From the NCBI GenBank assembly GCA_020536535.1, contig JAHLWZ010000264.1, forward strand, positions 1 to 58,745: a stretch of 58,745 nucleotides of DNA, read 5' to 3'. Below, one piece after another: positions 1-10,687 of the stretch (its first letter is position 1; each line of letters begins with the position of its first letter). The DNA is from Pelomyxa schiedti. Its lineage: Eukaryota > Protista > Evosea. Both the position numbers and the translations under genes were made by a program. The notes under the pieces are model-generated. The model made no database searches and was not told the origin of the DNA. It was given only the letters and a program-made list of their open reading frames with translations.

Positions 1-215
1 TCTTTGTATGATCACCCCCACTAAACCATGACAGGTAAATGCGAAGACTGTCCCTGCCCTTTTCTGCATTTCTGGCACTTTGTGACCTCCTTCTGGTTGG
101 TGGCTTCTTCTTCTTCTTCTTTTTTTTTTGACTTTTTCTCCAGGCTCAAGATATTATTTTGGTGTAGGCCGACCTGCCTCCTCAAGGTACATTCCCTTTT
201 TAACATCACCCCACT
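1..215 (-). repeat. Diverged relative of the interior of repeat module B (K/E-rich ORF remnant ending in a KCxKCRKG motif)
   Basis: Shares blocks with 9510-9805 in the same orientation (ccctttctgcatttc.ggcactttgtg; caaggtacatt; atcac.ccactca). Minus translation is LSGVMLKRECTLRR...VTKCQKCRKG, versus LSGVIIKG...ATKCRKCRKG in module B. Confidence 0.5.
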
Positions 216-671
216 CAATAACAGCCCTTGCTCTTGCTCTCGCTCTCACTCGCTCTCACGCTCGCTCTCTCACTCCTACACACCCCACCACCCCACTGGG
301 CTCCTGCACTCCACGCTTCCATTCCTGGCCTGAAGTTGGTTTTCCACTTCAGGCAAAAGAAAAAAAAATTATTTGCTTTCAGAAAGTACATGGGGCAGAG
401 GGGCTGGAACAGGGACCACCTGGGGACCACTGTGTGCCCACATTGGGAGCTCCCACATCGAGCCCGTTGTGATTTTACCTCCACTTCCTCCACTAATGGG
501 TAGTGTTTTTTCCCATTTTGAGACCACCCTTTGGGAACAGCTTGGAACCCACTCTGGGTGTGATTCGAAATCACAGTGCAACAGTGTTCTTCTGAGCCAA
601 CACCGTAAAAACCCAAACTTATTGAAAGGAAATGCAAGTTTCATCCCCCAAAACCCACAAATGAGCAGAGC

Positions 672-1669
672 CAGAGTATTCTTCAATGGTCTCTTTGGTA
701 CAGCTTTGGTATATGGTTGGAAAGTAAAGAAGTTCTACAACCCAACAACTAAGACAACATTCTTGCTTGTTTGTTGCAAAGATCTGGCAGGTTCTGGTGC
801 ACGGTTGACACTCAAGGGGTTCAATTCCTGAAAAAAAATTTTCGTTTTTTGATGGTGCCGGTGCGTGGGGAACATCCGGATAAGCGACACAAGGTTTCGT
901 TTCGTTTGTAGTTTTGTTTCGTTTCGTCGTTTCGTGTTGCCGTTTCGTTTCGTTCCGTTCTGTTTCGTTTCTTTCCTTTCCGCTTTCCTTTCTGTTTCTT
1001 TCCTTTCCTTTCCGTTTCGTTCCTTTCTGTTTCTTTCCTTTCCGTATCGTTCCTTTCTGTTTCTTCCTTTCCGTTCTGTTTCTTTTTCGTTTAATTTGCT
1101 TAGGTTTGTGCCATTCTAGCCTGGCAAGTGCTTCCTGAGGCGTCGCGGATGATGTACCACGAAGAGCGATGGCACGTTTCATCTTTTTGTTTTGGTTTTT
1201 GTCTTGTCTTGTTTTGTTTGGTACGATTTAGGTTTGTGTTGTGATGTTTTGTCTTTGTTTTCAACTTGTGCTCACATCAATGCAGATCTTGAGTACACTG
1301 ACAAGAAGAAGCGGATGCAGAAGTACATTGACTTTTTGCGTTTGCAGTCCTCACTCCAACATAGGGCCTGTCCATGTAGCAGCTCAATCAGACTTTAATG
1401 GACCAGGCCAGAACTACTGCATGTACCTTCTCTGTTTTTTACCTGGCAATCTACCAGACGGTTATCCAATCGCTCTCCACTTCATGCACTCATATCGCCT
1501 GAAGGTAACCTTATCCAGCCAACACAGGAGAGGCACACCCCCAGAAGCTTGTGTGTGTGGCTCTGCTCTCCATTCTGCAGGTTTTCCCCTTCTGACTTCA
1601 ACAACAATATTACCTCACCTCTGGTCTCTAGGCCCCTTTTTTCCCACATTCGACCTTGTATGCATATCT
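672..1669. repeat. Dispersed repeat module A, copy 1 (ends at the gap)
   Basis: Aligns by eye at high identity with 8356-9409, from cagagtattcttcaatgg to gcatatct. Contains a length-variable (GTTTC/CTTTC)n tract. Confidence 0.9.
894..1092. repeat. Degenerate pentanucleotide microsatellite (GTTTC/CTTTC/GTTCC)n inside module A; longer version at ~8560-8808
   Basis: Seen directly in the sequence. Confidence 0.9.
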
Positions 1670-1769
1670 NNNNNNNNNNNNNNNNNNNNNNNNNNNNNNN
1701 NNNNNNNNNNNNNNNNNNNNNNNNNNNNNNNNNNNNNNNNNNNNNNNNNNNNNNNNNNNNNNNNNNNNN
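1670..1769. other. Assembly gap (100 N)
   Basis: Run of N. Confidence 1.
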
Positions 1770-1962
1770 CGGGCATGTCCCAGTATACATCGCACCACAA
1801 GTACTTGTAGGTTGGCGCGTCCAGCCAACCTGGCGCCACAACCATTTCCCACACAACTCGTGACACCCCCAGGATACCTTCCACGTCAAGATATTTCTCC
1901 ACGCTTCGTTGTTGTTGTGGTGTTGTTGTCGGTGTGCAACAATTGCTCAGTGACGATGCCAT
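1770..1962 (-). CDS. 5' fragment of a lineage-specific family protein (VSRVVW motif, as in the ankyrin-like paralogs), cut by the gap
   Basis: MASSLSNCCTPTTTPQQQRSVEKYLDVEGILGVSRVVWEMVVAPGW resembles the VSHVVWxHVV motif of the genes at 12689-19646. Confidence 0.4.
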
Positions 1963-2122
1963 CGACAGAGAAGCGAAAGTGATGACTGTACAACTTCTGG
2001 GAATTCGCTGACACGGGATGCTGTGGGATGCTGTGGACTCGGAATTCATCAGCTCATCATCGATGCAAGTTCGACTCCAAGCAAACCCATTAATTTTTTT
2101 TTTTCTGAGCTACTCCATCTTT

Positions 2123-5100
2123 TCAACCAAATTGTGTGATCCTGACGGTGTTGTAGTCGTAAATGTTTACAGCTGGATACAACCCACTTGGGATGTTGTT
2201 CACTGTTACAGTTGCGTTGCTGTGCAGCGGCCACCTCGCAGTCAGTGTGAGTGCGCTTGGGTCATACATCAGTGTAACTTCCTCTGTCCCACCGGTGGCC
2301 GTGAATGCAGGCGTGTTCTGAGGCAGGTTGTATGAACCGGCACCTGTGGACCAGCCACAAATGTTAGGGAAGGAGCCATTTTGGTCAAACGGCTTGGCAA
2401 TGAGTCCATAGTAGCAGTGGAAATCCCTCAGGTTGGAGATACTGAGGTGCCACTGGTACACACGTGTGTCAGCAGAATCCTGGAGCTGTGTGGTTGTCGT
2501 CACTGTTGATTGTTTGTATCCTCGGCAGCTTGCTGCTGGCTTGTAAACTGTTGAGTTGGAAGCTGTGATTCCAAGGAGGTTCCCACAGCACCCTGGGTCC
2601 CACTCCCATGTACCTTTTGATTTATCGTTTGTGTTTTGGAGATAACAGAGACAGTAGAACACACCAAAAGTGATAGAAGATGTTGCTTGCTGAGTACCAA
2701 CTTTCATAATCAGTGTTCCTTGATGGGTGCTGCTGGCCGACAACGGAAGTGGTGGAACTGTGCATGTGACCTCTGTGTCTGGGTGAGTCACTGAAATGCA
2801 GCTACACTGCACACCTGCTGTATCTTAATTTGAAGAAGAAGGGGTGTGTTTCCCACACCATTGACAGTAACAGTGATTCCGATTTCTGACATGCCAAATC
2901 CACGTCCTGTGATTGTCACCTTCCCCCCAAATTGGAGAGCCTTTGACACACTCTCGATCACTAGGGCTTCAGGAAAGCAAAGGTGAGTTTGGAGGAGAGA
3001 AAAGAGGAACAAACCTTGGTTGGCACGTAACATGTGCCGAACCCTCCGGGAGGATGCAGCAGGTGAAGGAGGTGTACCAGCGCTTCCGCCTGTTCCTAAT
3101 CTTGAGGGTGACACTGGTAGTGTCTCTTGGTGCCCAAACTGTACCACTGTTCAATGTAAGAAAAGATACAGGAGAAAGCTTCAGAAAACCTGGGAAAGAG
3201 AACCTTGTGTCATTTGGCCTGTCAGCTGGTGTCCCAAACACACTGAGTGACACTGGTAGGTTTTGCCCCACACCCTGTGGTACTTCGAATGTGAGAACAG
3301 AGCCTGGAGTGGCAACGTTCACATTTGTGCACTGTAGTTCACCAACCCGGACTTGAATGTCGTTGTTGGTTGCTGTCTTGGGCCAGAACCCAAACATTCT
3401 CACACTTAATGGCCCTGATACTGCATTTTTTTGCTCCTTGATGGATGCAAGCACTGGCACTGCGTGTGTGTGATTGGTTTGAAGGTTCAAAGGATGAGGA
3501 ACGCACACCAGCAGAAATGACACCCAGGCCTGGAATACTCTTCTGAAAGGTCTCAATGTCATCTGTGGAACTCACAGTCGCACTTACGTGATGTGACAAT
3601 GTGAGGTGTTCTGGTTTACATTCGAGTTGCTGTGAGAATTGAAAAGAATGACTGTTAAAAATTGGTTAAAAAGAACAAGGAAAAGACCTTGAGGATTGTA
3701 GGAATTGATTCAAACAGGTCAATTATTTTGGATGTCTCCCCACTCTTCAGGATTGACAAACACTTTGATTTGTACTTATCAATGTGCTGGAGTCCAGTGG
3801 AGAGAATTTCAAGGTGCTTTGATAATGCACAAACTGCGGTATTATTCATCAAAGAAGAGAAACATGGAGAGTAACACACCTTTGGAGGACGCAATTGTTT
3901 CAGAAGTCAAAAGTAGTTCATTTTGCCTTCTTTGCAAACTAGAGATCAGGTCAGAGAATTCCTTGCCAACAGTTTCCGCAAACTGGCTCTGCTCCTTTTT
4001 TTTGTCATTCGTTTGTAGAGAATGGGAACAAACAGACCAGCTTTATGTTGACAGTCTCAGACTTGATTAGTGTAGACAATGTATTTAACTCCGACTCCAG
4101 TCTTGACAGTTGTCCCAAAAACGCCATTGGGCTTGGGAGATTTTTGTAAGAAACCTCCTCCACTGAAGTGATAGAGTGCCCCTTTAAGAACATTCAGTTT
4201 GGCAGAAAAGCGCTCATGTGTCATATTTAGAACCTTGTGGGAGGAAAATAAGATACATCTCGAGCAGATTAAAGTGTTGTCGGTTTGGCAGAATACATCA
4301 AGTGGAAGTTGGTGAGTTTCACACATCTTGGTGCCTATTGTTTCTTTTTGTTTTGAACAAAAACAAGGAGAATAAATACCTTTTTGTGGGGCCTCAATAG
4401 GACCCACAGTGTGAACAGAAAGATCAAGTTTGGCATGGGACTTCCAGGACGCACTCCAGTGAGCCTTTGTCCAACACGAGTCACAATACAACATGTGTTC
4501 ACCACCCCCCAAAGCCTTTGTGCACTCCTCGCACATGTACTTTGCAGTGACATCAGCAATCCCAGCTTCCTTGCACATCACACACAACTCAACAACCACA
4601 GGAGGAATGAGCAGAGCGGTACAAGTAGTATCAGCAGCAGTGACAGTAGTAGTAGTAGCAGCATCAGCAGCAACAACAACATCAGTAGCACCAGAAGCAG
4701 CAGCAGCAGTATCCTTCCTCCTCCTCTTTGGATCAGATGGTGTTGCTTCACTCCCCTCCGCCGATTCATCTTTCACCTCACAGCGCGTCGCTGTTTGTTT
4801 CTCCCCTGTACTACTCGTCGTGGTGTGCAGTTGCAGCTGCAAATTTGCCACTCGTTTGCACTTGCAGACTGAGCACCAGAATTCAACGTCAGAAGGGGAT
4901 GACGTCGACGTCGACGACGACGAGAACAAGAACGAGAACACGGAGGAACGTGGTGGCGGCGGGGGCGTCGGCTTGGCCGTCGGACACGCGGGGGTCGGTA
5001 TGTCCCGCGAGAAAGTGACGATGGTGTCGCTGCACAGGCGGCACAAAGGGTGGCCGCACGACGGCGCGAGGCAGATCGCAGGCGACGGCGACGGCGGCAT

Positions 5101-5238
5101 CGGGAGGGGGGAGCCGCCGCCGCTCTCGAAGAGGCCTCGGCAAACCGAACAACGCAGCGGGGCCGGGCCTGTGATCGGAATTATGGGACAGTTGGCTACG
5201 GGCGTAGGTAGCAATGTGTTGGCTGTTTCCCCTGCCAT
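2123..5238 (-). CDS. TRIM/RBCC-like E3 ligase: RING-HC, B-box1, B-box2, coiled coil, two IPT/TIG domains, SPRY/B30.2-like C-terminus (multi-exon)
   Basis: Spliced in frame with GT-AG introns. RING: CSVC...CGHPLCRLC...CSVC. B-box1: CVMC...CEEC...CDSCWTKAH...SH. B-box2: CETHQLPLDVFCQTDNTLICSRCILFSSHK|GH. Helical heptad exons follow. IPT: VIESVSKALQFGGKVTITGRGFG...VTVN|GVQC...EVTCTVP. C-terminus: WEWDPGCCG...VYQWHLSI...YYGLI...LYPAVNIY, TGA at 2123. ATG 5238 is inferred. Confidence 0.85.
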
Positions 5239-5393
5239 CTGGGAGAAAAAAATGGGATGGTTTTGATGAAAATAGGAAGGTGTTCCACTAAAGCCCATGG
5301 AGGAATCACCAGGTGATTGAGTCGGTGAGGGGTTTCGCCACAGATTTAGCACAATTGGTGCGCGCTAAAACATTCAAACTCGAACGTTCATTG

Positions 5394-7850
5394 TTACATG
5401 ACGAAGTACAAGAGGAAGGAGGAGGCCAACAGGAGGATGGCAACAGAAAAGTGGGAGCGCATAGATTTCGCGGAGGAGAGTGACTCCACATAGTTGGAGG
5501 ATGAATGGGTGCTGGTGACTACGAGGCTGGAGTCATCCGGTATTGAGTGTGATTGTGATGGTGGTTGTGATTGTGATTGTGACCACGACGGTGGTGGTGG
5601 TGATGCTGACATGGAACCTGGCAGTAATGACACTGACACTGGCATTGAAACTGGGAACGAGGTTGCCTCTGATGATGGTGGCAATGACTGCAGTGAGGAT
5701 GAGGATGATGATGAGGGTGTGATTTGCCTGGCGCACTCTGATGGACTTCTGGTGTTGTTGCATCCACACATCACGCAGCCATTGAACGTGAAACAGTTTT
5801 GCTCCAGTTGACTGTAAAATGAAAACCGGATGAGTTTTTGTAAAAAAAAAAGGGAGAATAAAACCAGTGCACGAATTTCCCTTCTGAAAGGACCAATGGG
5901 AGAGTGCCATTCAAGAAGTTATAGCTCAGGTCACTGTAACCCGTTAGTCATTCATTTGGAATTAGGGCATACAAAATCACAGTTGTGGAATTATAGTTTT
6001 CAATGGAACCGCCGAGTAGATTGTGACTCATATTTCTATGTCGGTAAGGCTTGTAAAAAAGAAAAAAAGCGCACATGGAATTAAGTCTGGGGAGAGAAAC
6101 CCAGAAAGCTTGTGGGATAGTGCCGGAAATCATATTTGAAGACAAGTCCCTGTGTGCGTTGAGACAGAATGAGGGAGAAAAGGCAATAACGATACAGTGT
6201 GAGAAGCTTAGATAGAGCTTTGGTAGAAATCGGCAGAGTTCCAGAGAAGCGATTATTTTGCAACAATCTTTATTCATTGACATTAGCTATTATTATAAAT
6301 AAATATGGCTCGTACTTACAAGTTCTTCACTCTTGTTGCAAACAGAGTTGCTGGTAGGTCTCCAGAGAGTTGATTGGAGGAAAGTTGTCTATATTTATGG
6401 GTTTGAACCTACCACTATTTGAAAGAAAAGGACATAGAACCGAAGCTTGTTGAAAGAGAGCAGGTTGGTAAAGTACCAGATAAAAAATTCTCATCCAACT
6501 GTCTGTTTATCCGGAGTGAGCCTCATAGTATAAAAAGAAAAGAAGAGGATACATCCAGGAAAGTCTGTTTAGTGAACACAATAATTCTGGTGGGATGCTT
6601 CCTGTGAACTGATTTCGTGACAACATCCTTTGTTGTTTTTTTTTTTTTTTGTCATTTTACAAAAAGTAAAATAACAGAATAGGAGGGAATATTTACAGGT
6701 AATTCAAACTAGACATTGAAAAGATTGAACTTGGAATAGATCCACTGAATTGGTTCCCAGTGAGGTCCCTGTGAGTGAGGTTAGATTCCTTTGTTCGCCA
6801 AAAGAGAGAATGATTGGACTACAAGTGCAGGAGACAGGTTAAATTCGACGAAATATCCAAAGTTCCAGAAGTAAAACTATTATCTGCTAGGTTTAGAACC
6901 TGAAAAATAAAAAGATTTTTAAGAAGAAAGAGTTGAAGCCTCAGAAGTGAGGAGATGATGAGCACCTGAAGGGGCTGAGGAAGAGGAGGTACCGTTCCAC
7001 TGAAATGATTCACGTTGAGATTTCTGATGTCACATTAAAATGAGGGAATATACATTAACTAACAAGTCCATACAACTGAAGCAGCGAACGGAACTCTGAA
7101 AACCAAAGCGGCAGTGTTCCTGTCAGCAAATTCGAACCGAGATCTCTTTTTGGGATGGTGAGTGTACTGCGTTAAAAGGGAACAAAGGAAGGAAACATGG
7201 ACATCAGAGATGTCAGATTCTGAAGACAGGAAATTTCTCCAGTTAAGTTGTTGCGCCAAAACGACCTGTTGAAAAAAGTCAAAGGAATGGAATGCTCTGG
7301 AAGTTGGGAGGGTTATACAGTTTTCTTAATAGAAGCAATCGCGATAGTGTGTCTGGTATTACTCCATTAATATCATCCTGGGATAAGTCCCTGACAAGTT
7401 GGTGTGAGCCAAAGCAAAACAATGTCTCACATTTACAGATTCCTCAGTTGGGAAAAGTTTCCAATTGTTTGTGGTATTGTTCCCTGCTTGGTGGTGCGGC
7501 CACCCAAGGATCTTTTTTCGAATACATTAAAATGCACAGGGAAAAAAAAGTGGTGGAGTATCCAAGTACATTGAACATATGTGACCATCGAAACAGATCA
7601 ATCTGAAAAACGCAGTTTCATTGCAGGGAGGCTCCTCAGTGTATTCCTCGCATGGGTCATTCCAAAACTCCGGCTTCAATTCGTTGTACAGATCGCACAC
7701 GGCCTGGGCCTCAGCCCTCAACAATTCCCTCTCCGCCTCACTCACACTACTACTTGACTGCGGCAATGTTGATGTTGATGTTGATGTTGATGTTGATGTT
7801 GATGTTGATGTTGATGTTGATGTTGATGGTGGTGATGGTGACGATCCCAC
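5394..7850 (-). CDS. Extracellular LRR protein (plant/PGIP-type, ~14 repeats) with Cys caps, S/P-rich stalk and C-terminal GPI-like signal; 5' end unresolved
   Basis: Exons such as DLSQDDINGVIPDTLSRLLLLRKL, DLTGNQFSGSIPSSIFSMSSLNYL and DLSSNMISGTIPQAFWVSLPRLNS. C-cap CQLEQNCF...CGC. Ends SAKSMRSHFSVAILLLASSFLLYFVM*. Confidence 0.88.
7766..7830. repeat. (TGATGT)n hexamer repeat, read as (ST)n at the LRR gene 5' end
   Basis: Seen directly, about 10 units. Confidence 0.9.
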
Positions 7851-7925
7851 AATCCATCCCGATTCAATTCACACCGGGGCGAATCCTCATGAGCATGCTA
7901 CTTTCTTTCGGGGTTTCAAACAAAC

Positions 7926-7987
7926 AGCTACCCCGAAAGTGCCCTTACTGTGTGAGAGCTACCCCGAAAGTGCCCTTACTGTGTGAG
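7926..7987. repeat. Perfect 31-bp tandem duplication agctaccccgaaagtgcccttactgtgtgag x2
   Basis: Seen directly, upstream of the LRR gene. Confidence 0.95.
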
Positions 7988-8355
7988 GAGTGATGGGCGA
8001 AGGATTAAGGGAATCTTGGTGTGATGATTGGGCGCCAAGTTGGCCAACTAATTATGGCCATTCACGGGAACCAGCGAGTTCAAGCTAACAGACCCCAGCC
8101 AACCGACCCACCTTATAAACCCCTCTGTATTGTGTAAATAGTTAAGACAAAGTTGTTAGAGAAACAAACACAACACATGAGAACAACAACACTGTTCAGC
8201 CCACAACGTCCCTCTCCCAGACCACCACTCTTACACATGGTCACACACGACGTTCAGAACGATGGGTTTCGGTGTCTTGCATCATAGCTGCTGTGATGTG
8301 CTCAATGCTAGCCGGGAAAAGGTGATCTACAACTGAGATTCCACAGATGGTGGCT

Positions 8356-9409
8356 CAGAGTATTCTTCAATGGTCTCTTTGGTACAGCTTTGGTAAATGG
8401 TTGGAAAGAAAAGAAGTTCTACAACCCAACAACTATGAAAACATTCTGCTTGTTTGTTGCAAAGATCTGGCAGGTTCTGGTGCACGGTTCAATTCCGGAA
8501 AAAAAATTCGTTTTTTGATGGTGTGGGTGCGTGGGCAACACCCGGATAAGCGACACAAGGTTTCGTTTCGTTTGTGGTTTCGTTTCGTTTCGTCGTTTCG
8601 TGTTGCCGTTTCGTTTCGTTTGGTTCCGTTCCGTTCTGTTTCGTTTCGTTTGGTTCCGTTCCTTTCCGTTTCGTTTGGTTCCGTTCCTTTCCGTTTCGTT
8701 TCGTTTCTTTCCTTTCCTTTCCGTTTCGTTCCTTTCCTTTCTGTTTCTTTCCTTTCCGTTTCGTTCCTTTCTGTTTCTTCCTTTCCGTTCTGTTTCTTTT
8801 TCGTTTAATTTGCTTATGTTTGTGCCATTCTAGCCATTCTAGCCTGGCAAGTACTTCCTGAGGCGCCGCGGATGATGTACCACGAAGAGCGATGGCACGT
8901 TTCATCTTTTTGTTTTGTTTTTTGTCTTGTCTTGTTTTGTTTGGTACGATTTAGGTTTGTGCTGTGATGTTTTGTCTTGTACGACCTACCTTTGTTTTCA
9001 ACTTGTGCTCACATCAATGCAGATCTTGAGTACACTGACAAGAAGAAGTGGATGCAGAAGTACATTGATGTTTTGCGTTTGCAGTCCTCACTCCAACATA
9101 GGGCCTGTCCATGTTGCAGCTCAGTCAGACTTTAATGGACCAGGCCAGAACTACTGCATGTACCTTCTCTGTTTTTTACCTGGCAATCTACCAGACGGTT
9201 ATCCAATCACTCTCTCCACTTCATGCACTCATATCGCCTGAAGGTAACCTTATCCAGCCAACACAGGAGAGGCACACCCCCAGAAGATTGTGTGTGTGGC
9301 TCTGCTCTCCATTCTGCAGGTTTTCCCCTTCTGACTTCAACAACAATATTACCTCACCTCTGGTCTCTAGGCCCCTTTTTTCCCACATTCGACCTTGTAT
9401 GCATATCTT
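8356..9409. repeat. Dispersed repeat module A, copy 2
   Basis: Homologous to 672-1669 and directly joined to module B. Confidence 0.9.
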
Positions 9410-10687
9410 TGGGGAGCACCAGTATATTTCTTATTTCTTCTTTTTCCCAGTTTCACCTTGTACACTAGGTGCTGAACTTGCTGGCTCTGCTGTGATGGCA
9501 CCTAAGGTAAACACCTTTGTAGTATCACCCCACTCAGGCATAATAGGTACCCCGATCCAGAGAGGGTGACTGATATTCACCTTCAACACAGGTACTTTTT
9601 CATTGGCTCAACTTTGTGTTGGCCAAGTCTTGCATACACCACACCCTTTCTGCATTTCCGGCACTTTGTGGCACTGGTATGCAGTGCTTCTTTTTTCTTT
9701 CTACAACCTCACATACTTTAATTAGGTGCAGAATTTCCTGCTTAGAGCTGATGCTCTCTCCAAGGTACATTCTCTCCCTTTATAATCACTCCACTCAGCA
9801 AATAATAGTGGTACCACTGCTGGAATGAACACAACACCAGGCCCTACTTCCACCCACCTGCTAACTCCCACGGCTCAGCTCCATACTCACCCTCTTACTC
9901 TTGCTCTCAGCACCACCAGCAACCAAGATCTACGCCGCGACGGAGAGTGCGGTGCCGACAAAGGTGACGCCGCGACGATGAACAACGAGACAACGAACAA
10001 CGACGGCGGGAGCAGCACCACGAGCGGCAACAGCGCGTTCAAAGTAGAAGAAAAACCCATGGCTTATCTTTTTCTTTTCTCTTTCCACTGGCTAACTCTT
10101 CTTTAGACTTTGATGTTTACTATACCATGCCATTTTAATTATATATATGTTTCTATATATTTGCCATGGCTTTGGCCACAAGCAACACAAAGTGTGATGA
10201 CACTCCCCACTTGCCTCACCTCCTAACCAAAAAAAAAAAAAAAAGACCAGGTTGTTTTGTGAGCCAGAACCAGAAAAGGGAAGGAAGAGGGAAGGCCTGT
10301 GGCGGGGGCTACCGAAACCGCCAGAGATCCACCAAAAAAACGAAAATTTTGGATATGGAAGGGGATGCTTTCGTGCGCGTACTACTAGTGGTTCACTGTT
10401 CCTTCCACTGGCCATTTCCCCTCTCTTCCTCTTCACTTTTTGGAAACTCCCAATCCTGGCATTTTGGGAGAAGACAACAAGGTGATTTATCACCAACTCA
10501 TGATTTTCTTTATGTTTGTCTCACACACTACATAGTTCTGTTTCAATTAGGAGAAACTTGCATTTCCAGTACGTTAAATCTTGCATTCAGTGCGTCAGGA
10601 ACTACGTTGGTAATCCCCTTTATGTGTACATCTTTTGTTGGTAAGCAACTTCGTAGAGTGAGACACCATCTCCATACTTTACTGTGA
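9410..10687. repeat. Dispersed repeat module B, copy 1 (~1.28 kb; right end overlaps the Gypsy RNase H remnant)
   Basis: Near-identical to 52083-53353, from tggggagcacc to tactttactgtga. Confidence 0.92.

Noticed and set aside
619-1182. K/R-rich ORF (MKRAIALRG...) that stays open across the microsatellite in both copies of module A (also 8489-8905)
   Set aside because: The AAACG/AAAGG strand has almost no T, so it can hardly form stops. Frame conservation between two copies has a 1-in-3 chance. No domain support.
1420-1510. IALHFMHS as a kinase subdomain VIa remnant in module A
   Set aside because: No HRD or DFG follows, and the frame is not conserved in copy 2.
2069-2078. GTTCGACTCC, a tRNA T-loop/B-box-like motif
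   Set aside because: No A-box, D-arm or acceptor stem could be built.
7926-7987. 31-bp repeats (and the 38-bp pair at 43214/43379) as a CRISPR array
   Set aside because: Only two units, no spacer series, eukaryotic context, no cas genes.
8160-8355. Signal-peptide-like stretch (RRSERWVSVSCIIAAVMCSMLAG) just before module A
   Set aside because: No in-frame ATG or downstream exon could be tied to it.
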